A stretch of DNA of 64,000 nt from Roseibacillus sp. (GTDB taxonomy: Bacteria > Verrucomicrobiota > Verrucomicrobiia > Verrucomicrobiales > Akkermansiaceae): NCBI GenBank assembly GCA_051251855.1, contig JBPOGI010000002.1:416001-480000 (forward strand), read 5' to 3'. How positions within the stretch are numbered: the first letter of the stretch is position 1; every line of letters begins with the position of its first letter. The notes under the pieces were generated by a model, which made no database searches, was not told the origin of the DNA, and saw nothing but the letters and a program-made list of their open reading frames with translations. Made by a program: the position numbers and the translations under genes. Below, piece after piece: positions 29,511-38,703 of this stretch.

Positions 29511-29591
29511 AGGGCAAGGCCCTGATCCAAGATAGCCTAGGGCATCGCCCTAGGTGCGAGTCGAAAAATTAGTAGCAAGGGCCGAAGGTCT
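29511..29591. repeat. Three-hairpin REP-like unit downstream of tnpA
   Basis: AGGGCAAGGCCCT, 12-nt spacer, CCTAGGGCATCGCCCTAGG (29536-29554), spacer, AGGGCCGAAGGTCT. Confidence 0.75.
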
Positions 29592-29612
29592 GGCCAAGGC
29601 GATGAGCCGGTA

Positions 29613-30065
29613 TTAGTCCCAGACGTATTGTTCATCAAAAGAGATTTTGTGCAGTTCCAGCAAGATACGAAATTCGTCTTGGAAGGTGTTCTTTTGATGG
29701 TGCTCTTTTTGGTTGGCGATGTATTGGGTGGCTTTGTCAATTTGCGAGACTGAAACCGCGAACGCTCCGTAGCCGGATTGCCATGAAAATTGAGCGAGCG
29801 ATGGGTGTTGGTCTTTCATCCATTTGGAGGAGGACTTTTTGAGTTCTTCGACGGTTTGGCTGATGGAGACGGTGCGAGCGAGGTCGAAGAGGAGATGAAT
29901 GTGGTCTTCAACGGAATTGATGATGACAGGGTGACACTTGAGATTGGTAAGGACTTTGCCGAGATAAGAATGGAGGGTAGGGCGGATGTCGTCTGTTAGG
30001 AAAGGAGCGCGGTTTTTGGTGCTGAAGACGAGATGGACGTGAAGACGGGCGAGTGATTGAGGCAT
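29613..30065 (-). mobile_element. tnpA: IS200/IS605-family Y1 (HUH) transposase, stand-alone (no tnpB), REP-associated-like
   Basis: Motifs HLVFSTKNR, HUH (EDHIHLL), WQSGYGAFAVS and catalytic YIANQKEHH. Confidence 0.92.
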
Positions 30066-30085
30066 GGCTTCGTGGGGATTTGGCC

Positions 30086-30162
30086 GCCCTTTCAGGGCTC
30101 GGTTTTGGGGAAGGTGGACCTAGGGCGTTGCCCTAGGCTGTCATAGTTTGCCCCTTTGGGGC
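30086..30162. repeat. Three-hairpin REP-like unit upstream of tnpA (inverted relative to 29511-29591)
   Basis: GCCCTTTCAGGGC, 20-nt spacer, CCTAGGGCGTTGCCCTAGG (30119-30137), 12-nt spacer, GCCCCTTTGGGGC. Confidence 0.8.
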
Positions 30163-30234
30163 GATAGGATATTGGTCTTGTGAGTTGGGACTCAGGGCTC
30201 TGGATTCTTTTGGGCCCAATCGAATTTCGAGCAC

Positions 30235-30933
30235 TCAATCTTTCTTTGCTTCCTCGATCCCAAACGGGACTTTCCGTTTCACGAGCCAACTCACACCAAT
30301 CAAATCATGAATCCCTCTCAGGGCTCGATCCCAGTTGGTGTATTTGGATTCGCCGGCGAGGCGGTGGCGGTGGTTGACGGGGATTTCGGAGAAGTCGTGT
30401 TCTGCCTGAAGAAGCAATGCAGGGATGTAGCGGTGCATCCCATTGAAGGAGACGAGAGCGTCGATGCACTCGCGCTTCATGGCTTTGAGAGAGCAGCCGG
30501 TGTCGCGGACGCCGTCGTGGAGAAAGCCTCGACGAATCGCGTTGGCAAATTTGGAGGCGTAGCGACGGGAAGCTGTGTCTTGACGATTAGCGCGGTAGCC
30601 GCAGACGAAGTCCTTTCCTGACTTTTCTAGCTCGGCGATGAGCTTGGGGATTTCGGCAGGATCGTTTTGGCCGTCGCCGTCCATAAGGGCGACGAGGGGT
30701 TGGGTAGAGTTGCGCAAGCCGGCATACATGGCGGCGGATTGGCCCTTGTTGACGGGGAGTTGAAGGGCGCGAATTTGCGGCACAAAGGTCTGCATGATTT
30801 CCCATGTCTTGTCTGCGGAGCCGTCGTTGATAGCGATGATTTCGGCCCCGGGGTTGGTGGCGATAATTTCTTCGAGGACGTCTTTGGCGGTTTCTTCCTC
30901 GTTATAGAAGGGAACAATGATGGAGTAGGACAA
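30235..30933 (-). CDS. GT2 polyprenyl-phosphate glycosyltransferase (DPM1/ArnC-like)
   Basis: Motifs [41 protein letters not shown] and [13 protein letters not shown]. Confidence 0.93.
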   Translation of the reverse strand: MSYSIIVPFYNEEETAKDVLEEIIATNPGAEIIAINDGSADKTWEIMQTFVPQIRALQLPVNKGQSAAMYAGLRNSTQPLVALMDGDGQNDPAEIPKLIAELEKSGKDFVCGYRANRQDTASRRYASKFANAIRRGFLHDGVRDTGCSLKAMKRECIDALVSFNGMHRYIPALLLQAEHDFSEIPVNHRHRLAGESKYTNWDRALRGIHDLIGVSWLVKRKVPFGIEEAKKD

Positions 30934-31064
30934 GGCGGTGGCGCGGTTTGGTTGCCCGAAAGACTAAGGCTCAATCACCTCTGGGGCTAGGGTTTTCCTT
31001 GTCCGTGAGGGGGGGCGAATCTGTTTCTTGCGTGACCTCAAATCGGTGCCACGTTGGCTGAATT

Positions 31065-31661
31065 ATGAAAACTCCTTTAATTTCATTGGTTTCACTCGGT
31101 CTTTTGGTCGCTTCTGGCTGTGCTGAGCAAAAAGCGGTCGATCCGCAGGCGAAGGAAGTGAGCTATGTGGATGAGGCCCAACTTCCCAAAGGCTGGCCAG
31201 CGCCCGGTCCTTACGGTGAGGTGGCGCAGAAAGAATATCCAGTCTATCGAGTGGCGTTCACGGAAAGTGGTGGGCGGACTCGCTCTTTTTGGACTCTTTT
31301 TCAGCATATTCAGTCCAAGGATATTCCGATGACCGCTCCGGTGGAAATGAAGATGGGTGAAAAAGATGGCGAAATGGAAATGACCTCGATGGGATTTCTT
31401 TATCAGGATACCACCGTCGGCGAGGTGGGCGCAGACGGGGAGAGGGTGGAGGTCACCGACGTGCCAGCGATGACGGTCCTATCCTACGCTTGGATGGGAC
31501 CTAACAACGATGAGGCGGTGGAGAAGGCCCGTCTCGCTTTGGATAGCAAAGCGGCTGAGCAAGAGTTGAAGGTGGAGAGCTATCGTCTGTTAGGTTACAA
31601 TGGCCCTAGTGTTCCTAAGGCGAAACGAACCCATGAATTACAGGCGATTTTGAAGAAGTAG
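31065..31661 (+). CDS. SOUL heme-binding family lipoprotein
   Basis: Lipobox ASGC; motifs FWTLFQHI, IPMTAPVEM, MGFLY and GYNGP. Confidence 0.85.
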   Translation: MKTPLISLVSLGLLVASGCAEQKAVDPQAKEVSYVDEAQLPKGWPAPGPYGEVAQKEYPVYRVAFTESGGRTRSFWTLFQHIQSKDIPMTAPVEMKMGEKDGEMEMTSMGFLYQDTTVGEVGADGERVEVTDVPAMTVLSYAWMGPNNDEAVEKARLALDSKAAEQELKVESYRLLGYNGPSVPKAKRTHELQAILKK

Positions 31662-31664
31662 CTT

Positions 31665-32294
31665 CTACTCTTCGGAGCTTTCGATTGATTCAGTTGCTTC
31701 GGACTTCACTGTTATCACTTTGGTTTTGGCAAAGTCATCTCCGAGTCTCAAGCCTGCATTTGGAGCCTTTTCGCGGGTGTGGAGGATGAAAAGCTCGACG
31801 AGCGCGAGAGGGGGAATGGCGGTGAAAACGTTACGAACGATGCCCTTAGTGAAGTCTTTGGTGAGGGGAACTCCATCTTCGGTAACGGCCTGAATTTTCA
31901 TGGCTTTCTTTCCCACGCTTTGCCCGCCTAAGAAGGGGAGACTATCTTTGAAGAGAAGGTAAACAATGCCGAATGCGTTTGGCATGATTCCAAGGAAATC
32001 AGGAAGGACGAGACCGGCGGCCCAGATAAGAACTGCAGCAACAATACCGTCGATGAGGCCTGCCAAAATCCGCTGAGGCAGGAGGGTTTCGGAATATTCT
32101 ATCGAGGAGATTTTTTCTTCTTCGGCGGGGGCTGGCTTGGTAACGGCAGTCTCCATTGCTCCCGTCTCGACAGCAGAAATAGGGGGGCCGGAACTCGCTC
32201 GGTCAAGGTTGGGAGCGGGAATGTTAGGCTTGGGAATACTAGGCTGGGGGATATTGGGTTTAGGAATATCCGGAGTCGGAGTAGAGTCGCTCAT
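31665..32294 (-). CDS. RDD family membrane protein
   Basis: Motifs RILAGLID, GQSVGKKAMKI, RN and RLGDDFAKTKV. Pro-rich N-terminus. Confidence 0.9.
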   Translation of the reverse strand: MSDSTPTPDIPKPNIPQPSIPKPNIPAPNLDRASSGPPISAVETGAMETAVTKPAPAEEEKISSIEYSETLLPQRILAGLIDGIVAAVLIWAAGLVLPDFLGIMPNAFGIVYLLFKDSLPFLGGQSVGKKAMKIQAVTEDGVPLTKDFTKGIVRNVFTAIPPLALVELFILHTREKAPNAGLRLGDDFAKTKVITVKSEATESIESSEE

Positions 32295-32509
32295 TGGCAG
32301 TTAGAACAGCGAATTGAGAAGGGCGCGTCTATCTCTTTTATACGAATTGAAGACTTAATTTGAATTTCACCTCCTGATGTATATGCTATGCATTCTCAGG
32401 GGATTTAAAAGGTAGATTCTCGCTGGACAAATAGTTCTCGAGAGGTGCTCTTGATTTAGCGGGAAAGAGCCGAACGAGTGGAGTCGAATTTTCTGCGGGA
32501 GACTTTTCA

Positions 32510-34723
32510 CTAAGGGAGCCACTTGGATTTTCGAGGTTGGCTCTCTCTTTCAGGTAGGACCTGGGTCTTTGCCCAATCGTCACCAAGTCGTTTGCCTTTG
32601 CTCTCTTCATCTTCGCGAACGTAAAGAATGGCAAACTCGATGGGAGCGACAAGCCATGAGAGATTTCGCAGGAGTCCAGTTTTGTAGTTCCCGGAAAGAC
32701 TTCGGTTGTTGCGGTTGACGGTCCGAAGTTTCATGAATTTCTTCCCGATGCTTTGGCCGTTGAGGATTCCTAGGGAATCTTTGGTAAGAAGGTAGAGGGC
32801 GGCGAACACAAAGGGCAAGACGCGAGGAGGGTTGGGGAAGAGGAGCAAACCTAAGACAAAAAAGGAACTAGCGACACCAACGTCGATGAGGGCGGCAAAA
32901 GAGCGGGAGCGAAAGAGGGAGGAATGTTGCTCGCTTTGTAAATCGGGAGGGTTCTCTTCCTCTGTGGCGAGAGAGTTGTCTTCCGCGAAAGCTGGAGAGG
33001 AGAGTTTTACGACTTGGGTCGATTGTTCTTGGGATAGAGAGCAGGCCGCGAGCGGTTCTTCTGGGAGAGAGGGGGCTTGGTTTTCCTCTGCTGGAGGGGA
33101 GGGCTGGTTGGAAGAAGCTGCGATGTCGCGGTCTCTCGTCTCTAACTGCAGAGAAGGAGGGGTGGCAGGTAAGATGTCCTTCGCGGTGAAGGGGGACTTG
33201 CTTTCGACTGGCGAGGTCTGCGTTTCTAAGTGAGGGGGCTGGCTCTCATCTTCGATGAACCTAAGCGGGTCAGCAGAGACTTCCCTCTTCGTAGGAAGGT
33301 CACAGAAAGGGGGAGTAGTGGGCGCGATGAGAGTGTCGTCGTCTCCTGTAGAATCGTTGGGTGGCTGTGCGTTTTTCAGCTGGAAAGTCGCGGAACCAGT
33401 GGGGGCCTTGCTTTCGGAAGGAGAGGTGTTATTGATGGACTGAAAGAGCGAGTTGCCTCCTTCGGTTTGTAGTCTGGAAGGGGAGGCGTTCTTGTCTTTA
33501 GGTCCCCTCAAGCCCTCTTTGGGAGCAGCTTCCGAGGAAGGAGGATTTTGAGGTGAATGGGAGTGTTTGTTGTTATCTAGAATGACGGGGCGGTCAGCGA
33601 GAGGGGTATCGCCACTTCGTCTTGATTCTTTTGTAGCTGTGTCGGTTGCTTCAAGAGTCCCATTGTGCTCTTCGTTGGTATGGGGGGGGGCAAAAGAGTC
33701 CCCTTGGACTTTGGTTTTTGACCCGAAGGTCTGGCCTTCCTCGGTTGTGGGAAGAGGTTGAACTGAAGGAGTAGGAGAGTTGGTGTCTCTATCGGGGTTG
33801 ATTTCTTCGACGGAAAAAATACTCGAAGCGAGATGAGCGCTCTCTTTGGGGGCCGTTGGTTCCTCTTTTCGGGCAACTAAGCTTTCGTCTGCTGGAGAGG
33901 TTTCACTCTGTATGAGTCGGCTAGAATGAACATCAGCTGGACTTCGGGTGGTAACGAATTCTTTGGAGGAGTTTTGAGGGTGTTCTTGAGCGGCTTTGTT
34001 GAAGAGAGCTGTTGCGATGAGTCCTATCTGATCGGTGGAGGTGCTCCCGCTGGATTGAGGTGATGTCTCGGAAGAAGGCTCTTCCTGAGTGGCGCTTTCG
34101 GGGGCGGAGAGGGGGCCGAGGACAGGGGCTTGCCGGCCTCGTTCAGAGATGTCAGGAGTTGCTTCCGCTGCAACGAGAGTGTTGTTGTCTTCGTTGTAGG
34201 CGCTGAGTTTTTGTTTGGGTGAGGCTTCTTGGGAGTTGGCCTTTGTTGGGAGAGGGCTTGGGTGAGTTGTGGAGAGTAGAAGGGTGTTAGATGGAGAGCG
34301 CTTTTGGCTTTGGATAGGAAGGCTGGCTTTGAAAAGGTGGAGGGCCGAATTAAAGACTCGAGGTCTGGCAGGGGTGTCGAAGGCTGATGGAGCAGAGGGC
34401 TGCTCTTGAGCTGGCTCGTGCGCGTTGAGCGTCGGCGCTACGAGTTCCTTGGGGTAGGTGGTTTCAAGGAGGAGGGGCGGGGTGGTGTCGGTAGCGTTGT
34501 CGCTGTCGTTTTTAGCGACTTCGATGGACCAGCCGAGCTTGAGGCGTTGGACCATTTCTTCGCTGACTTCGACTTCGATTTCGCCGAGGGGTTCACCTGC
34601 AGGGGTGGCTGGTGCGGGGTCGATGGTTTCGAGGTATCGCTCCTCGTTGGTGATCTTCTTTCCTTTGATTCCCAAGGTCGGCACAGAGATGGTCGCTACC
34701 GCCGAGAAGCGGTTGCGATTCAA
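32510..34723 (-). CDS. RDD family protein with ~600-aa low-complexity N-terminal region
   Basis: C-terminal motifs RSFAALID, GQSIGKKFMKL and RLGDDWAKTQV. The N-terminal region is P/S/T/E-rich. Confidence 0.82.
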   Translation of the reverse strand: MNRNRFSAVATISVPTLGIKGKKITNEERYLETIDPAPATPAGEPLGEIEVEVSEEMVQRLKLGWSIEVAKNDSDNATDTTPPLLLETTYPKELVAPTLNAHEPAQEQPSAPSAFDTPARPRVFNSALHLFKASLPIQSQKRSPSNTLLLSTTHPSPLPTKANSQEASPKQKLSAYNEDNNTLVAAEATPDISERGRQAPVLGPLSAPESATQEEPSSETSPQSSGSTSTDQIGLIATALFNKAAQEHPQNSSKEFVTTRSPADVHSSRLIQSETSPADESLVARKEEPTAPKESAHLASSIFSVEEINPDRDTNSPTPSVQPLPTTEEGQTFGSKTKVQGDSFAPPHTNEEHNGTLEATDTATKESRRSGDTPLADRPVILDNNKHSHSPQNPPSSEAAPKEGLRGPKDKNASPSRLQTEGGNSLFQSINNTSPSESKAPTGSATFQLKNAQPPNDSTGDDDTLIAPTTPPFCDLPTKREVSADPLRFIEDESQPPHLETQTSPVESKSPFTAKDILPATPPSLQLETRDRDIAASSNQPSPPAEENQAPSLPEEPLAACSLSQEQSTQVVKLSSPAFAEDNSLATEEENPPDLQSEQHSSLFRSRSFAALIDVGVASSFFVLGLLLFPNPPRVLPFVFAALYLLTKDSLGILNGQSIGKKFMKLRTVNRNNRSLSGNYKTGLLRNLSWLVAPIEFAILYVREDEESKGKRLGDDWAKTQVLPERESQPRKSKWLP

Positions 34724-34780
34724 ACTGGGACCTACCTGCGCCGGACCTGACTCAGGGCTCGCTTGGAGCTTGGTGTCCGG

Positions 34781-37700
34781 TCAAGCGTCGAGGCGTTCGG
34801 CGGCTTTTTGGCCAGCGGTTTTGGCTTCGACCTTGTTCTCCTCGGTGGTGAGACGCATGCCGACGGGCTTGGAGACGCCGAACTCTTCCATGGTGACACC
34901 ATACATGATGTCAGCGCGGTTCATGGTGCGCTTGCTGTGGGTGACGATGATGAACTGGCTCTGGTCGATGAAGGCGTCGAGCACCTTGAGGAAGCGGCCG
35001 ATGTTGGATTCGTCGAGGGGCGCGTCCAGCTCGTCAAGCACACAGAAAGGGCTGGGCTTGACCTTGTAGATGGAGAAGAGGAGGGCGACTGCGGTCATGG
35101 AGCGCTCGCCACCGGAGAGGAGGCTGATGCTCTGAAGCTTTTTGCCGGGAGGTTTGGCGATGACTTCGATGCCGGATTCGAGGGGGTCGCTTTCGTCGAG
35201 CAGGACAAGGTCGGCTTTGCCTTGTTCGCCGAACAAAAGCTTAAACATATCGCGGAAGTTCTTGCGCACGGTGGCGAAGGTTGCAGCGAAGCGTTTGGTG
35301 GTTTCGTCGTTGATTTTAGCAATGACTTCGAGGAGCTCGGTCTTGGAGTTGACGAGGTCTTGGTGCTGGGTGACGACAAAGTTGTGGCGCTCTTCGAGTT
35401 CTTCGAATTCTTCGATGGCGTCGACGTTGACGGGGCCCATGGAATCGAGCTTGCGCTTGAGTTCCGTGACGAGAGTTTCGACGAGCTTCCAATCGGGGCC
35501 TGCGACTTCGAGTTCGGGGATGGAGTCGTCGTCGTTAGCCTCAGTGAGCGCCTCGACTGGCGGGGTGTCGGGAGTGTCTGGTAGTTCAATGCCGCGAGCT
35601 TTTGCCTTTTGCTCATTGATGCAAGTGAGGAGGGCGTGAGCATCGGGGCGGAAGAATTCGAGCTCGATCTGGTGGCGCTCCATGACCGCTTCTTCGAGGT
35701 TCTCGAGTTTGAGGCGAACTTTGGTGTGAGCTACTTCTTCACGTCCTCGGCGTTCGGTCGCTTTGTGGATGCGAGATCGGATGGAGGAGAGTTCGGTTTC
35801 TTTTTCCTCGATGGCGGTGCGGAGCTGCAAGCGACGTTCGTCGAAGCCGGTGAGGTCCTTCTCCAGTTCAGTGGCGGCGTCTTGGTTTTCGAGCATTTCC
35901 ATCTCGAGGGTGCTGTCGTCTTCGCAGTCGTTACCGATGCGGTTTTGGAAATCGACGATTTCAGCCTCACGCTTGACCATGAGGTTGCTCAGCTCGTCGA
36001 TTCGGCTTTGCATCGGGCGCTGTTGGTCCTGCTCGGACTGGTGGGCGCGGCGCTCGACAGCGAGTTCGGTTTGGACTTCGTTGAGTCTTTCGCTTTGTTC
36101 TTGTAAGCGCTGTTCAAGGCCGTCGGAGTCGTTTTGGAGGTCGGCCAGTTCGTTTTCGAAGATACTTACTTGGCCTTGCGCAGTGATGAATTCTGCTTCG
36201 CGGCTGGCGCGGGAATCGGTGGCGCTTTGAACGCGGTTGCCGGTGTTTTCGCGCTCGGATTGGAGTCGCTCAAGCTTACCTTCGAGGTTTTTGATCTCGC
36301 GCTCGGCGAGGGAGGTCTGGCCTTGTGCTTGAGAGACTTCGAGGCGGACTTCGTTGAGTCGGCTCTTGCACTGCTCCACTTCTTCGCGGGCGGCGTAGGA
36401 CTGAGCGTCGAGCTCTTCTACCTTTTCGCGCTCGGCGGCGAGGTCTTCTTCGAGCTGGGTGACTTCTTTAGCGAGGGCTTCGACTTCGTTCTGACGCTTG
36501 AGGACGGAGTTCCCGTCGCCCTCGGATTGGCCGCCACGGAGAATGCCGTTGGGGAAGAAGAGTTCGCCGGCAGCGGTGACGATGGTGATGTCGCCGAAGG
36601 ACTTGCGTAGCTCGGCGGCGACTTTGCGGTCGGGGACGATGAGGGTTTTCTCGAGGAGAGTTGAGACGAGGTCGGTGACGGCGTGGTCGGTTTTCACGGC
36701 ATCGGCGGCCCAGCAGAGGGCGCCTTTGGGGACGGCTTCGATTTGGTGCGCTTTGTCGAGGCCAGCGAAGTCCTTGGGAAGGAGGGCGACTTTACCGAGC
36801 TTTTTGTTGACTAGGCGGTCGATGATTTCTTCTGCAAAGTCGCTGTCTTTGACGAGGACGGCTTGCAGGGTGTCACCGAGGACTGCTTCAATGGCGACGG
36901 CGTATTCGTCGTCCACCTTGAGTCGGCTCGCGAGAACGCCATCGACTCCGGTGCGAAAGAGGTCGGGGTCGTCGAGTCCCTTGAGGACTTCTTTGGTTCC
37001 TTTGAGCAGACCTTCGCCGTTTTCGAGAACTTGCTGGAGGACATCGAGTCGGGACTGCTTTCCTGTGAAAGTGCGGTGAAGTTCGTCGGAGGCTTTCTTG
37101 GCTGCGTCGAGGTCGCCACGATTGTGTTGGTGCGCGCGCTCGGCGGTTTCGAGTGCTTCAGTGAGATCGGCTTGGCGAGTCTGAAGATCACTAAAAGCGC
37201 CGTTGGCGGTGTCTTCGCGTTCTTTCGCCTGGGCGAGTTCGTGCGCAAGGCGTTGTTCTTCTTCTTCAAGCTGCTTGGCACGCTCGCGGCTGGCTTCGGC
37301 TTGGGCGAGATCGGATTCGATTTTTGCCTGAATGGTGGCAGCGAGTGTGCGGGTGGTTTCGGCTTTGCGCCGAGTGTCACGCAACTGGGCGTTGAGTGTG
37401 TCGCGGGCGGCTCGGGCGGAGGTCACCGCCTCTTGTTGCTCGGCGACGGCTTCTTCGCTGGTGGCGATGCGCTGCTGGCGTTCTTCGCTTTGGGTTTGAG
37501 ATTCGGCGAAGTCGAACTGCTGTTGGTTGAGGCGTGCTTTCGTTTCCTCGATTTCGACACGGTGCTGTTCGATGCGCTTGTTAAGTTCGTTGCGGCGCTC
37601 TTCGTTGAAGCCCATGCGGGATTGCGCAGAGTCGGCGGCGGAGCGGTGCGAGGAGATTTGTTGGCGAAGGTCGGAGAGCTCGCTTTCGAGTTCCTGCGAG

Positions 37701-38524
37701 GCGTCGCGAGATTCAGTGACCGCTTTCTCGAAGGCTGGAAGTTCGATCTCGAGACAGTCGACTTCGTTTTCAAGGGACTTGAGATTGGTTTCGAGCTCGG
37801 ACTCGCTCGCTTTGAACTCAGTCCAGTTCTTGTGCGAAAGGTGGGTGTCGAGAATGTGAACCGAACTAGAGAGCTCTTTGTAGCGGCGGGCCTTGGAAAC
37901 TTGGCGCTTGAGAGAGTTCATGCGGCGCTCTTGCTCGGCAATGACGTCGCCGGTGCGGAGGAGGTTGGCCTCGGTGTATTCCAGTTTGCGAAGGGCTTCC
38001 TTCTTGTCCTTCTTGAACTTGGTGATGCCGGCGGCTTCCTCGAAGACGGCGCGGCGTTCTTCGGGCTTGGAGGAGAGGATTTGGTCGATCTGACCCTGGG
38101 CCATGATGGAGTAGGCGGAGCGTCCGATGCCGGTGTCCATGAAGAGCTCGTGCACATCGCGCAGGCGGCAGGCTTTGTCGTTGATGCGATACTCGGATTT
38201 GCCATCGCGGAAGACACGGCGGGTAATGGCGACTTCGTTGAACTCGGTTTTGAGCGCGACTTCGCAATCAGCCATGGTCATGATGACCTCGGCCATGTTG
38301 TGGGGCTTGCGACGGTCGGTGCCGTTGAAGATGACGTCGGCCATTTCGCCACCACGGAGGGCTTTGGCGGAGGTCTCGCCGAGGACCCAACGGATGGCGT
38401 CGACGACGTTAGATTTGCCGCAGCCATTGGGGCCAACGATGCCGGTGACGCCTGTGTCGAATTCGAAATGGGTTTTATCGGCGAACGACTTGAAGCCTTG
38501 GATATCGAGGGATTTAAGGTACAT
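34781..38524 (-). CDS. smc: Chromosome segregation protein SMC
   Basis: MYLKSLDIQGFKSF, GPNGCGKSN, long coiled coils, a hinge region, LSGGE and LDELDAPLD. Confidence 0.97.
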   Translation of the reverse strand: MYLKSLDIQGFKSFADKTHFEFDTGVTGIVGPNGCGKSNVVDAIRWVLGETSAKALRGGEMADVIFNGTDRRKPHNMAEVIMTMADCEVALKTEFNEVAITRRVFRDGKSEYRINDKACRLRDVHELFMDTGIGRSAYSIMAQGQIDQILSSKPEERRAVFEEAAGITKFKKDKKEALRKLEYTEANLLRTGDVIAEQERRMNSLKRQVSKARRYKELSSSVHILDTHLSHKNWTEFKASESELETNLKSLENEVDCLEIELPAFEKAVTESRDASQELESELSDLRQQISSHRSAADSAQSRMGFNEERRNELNKRIEQHRVEIEETKARLNQQQFDFAESQTQSEERQQRIATSEEAVAEQQEAVTSARAARDTLNAQLRDTRRKAETTRTLAATIQAKIESDLAQAEASRERAKQLEEEEQRLAHELAQAKEREDTANGAFSDLQTRQADLTEALETAERAHQHNRGDLDAAKKASDELHRTFTGKQSRLDVLQQVLENGEGLLKGTKEVLKGLDDPDLFRTGVDGVLASRLKVDDEYAVAIEAVLGDTLQAVLVKDSDFAEEIIDRLVNKKLGKVALLPKDFAGLDKAHQIEAVPKGALCWAADAVKTDHAVTDLVSTLLEKTLIVPDRKVAAELRKSFGDITIVTAAGELFFPNGILRGGQSEGDGNSVLKRQNEVEALAKEVTQLEEDLAAEREKVEELDAQSYAAREEVEQCKSRLNEVRLEVSQAQGQTSLAEREIKNLEGKLERLQSERENTGNRVQSATDSRASREAEFITAQGQVSIFENELADLQNDSDGLEQRLQEQSERLNEVQTELAVERRAHQSEQDQQRPMQSRIDELSNLMVKREAEIVDFQNRIGNDCEDDSTLEMEMLENQDAATELEKDLTGFDERRLQLRTAIEEKETELSSIRSRIHKATERRGREEVAHTKVRLKLENLEEAVMERHQIELEFFRPDAHALLTCINEQKAKARGIELPDTPDTPPVEALTEANDDDSIPELEVAGPDWKLVETLVTELKRKLDSMGPVNVDAIEEFEELEERHNFVVTQHQDLVNSKTELLEVIAKINDETTKRFAATFATVRKNFRDMFKLLFGEQGKADLVLLDESDPLESGIEVIAKPPGKKLQSISLLSGGERSMTAVALLFSIYKVKPSPFCVLDELDAPLDESNIGRFLKVLDAFIDQSQFIIVTHSKRTMNRADIMYGVTMEEFGVSKPVGMRLTTEENKVEAKTAGQKAAERLDA

Positions 38525-38703
38525 GAGGAACTTGCCCCCTATCCTGAGGAATTCGCTCTCATTTCGCAAGCAAACGGGCTTTCATGTCCACATTTAGTAG
38601 TGTTTTTTAAAATTTATACCAGATATTGATAAGCGAGGCTTAGGGGTTGTGAATAACTTGGATCCTTCTTTGGGGAAGTTTCTCGTCAGATTCCGATTTG
38701 CTC

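Noticed and set aside
34763..38629. Long plus-strand ORFs (273 aa, 588 aa and others)
   Set aside because: Antisense shadows of smc caused by codon bias.
38580..38700. Replication origin
   Set aside because: Only one consensus DnaA box in a short gap, and no dnaA/dnaN context.
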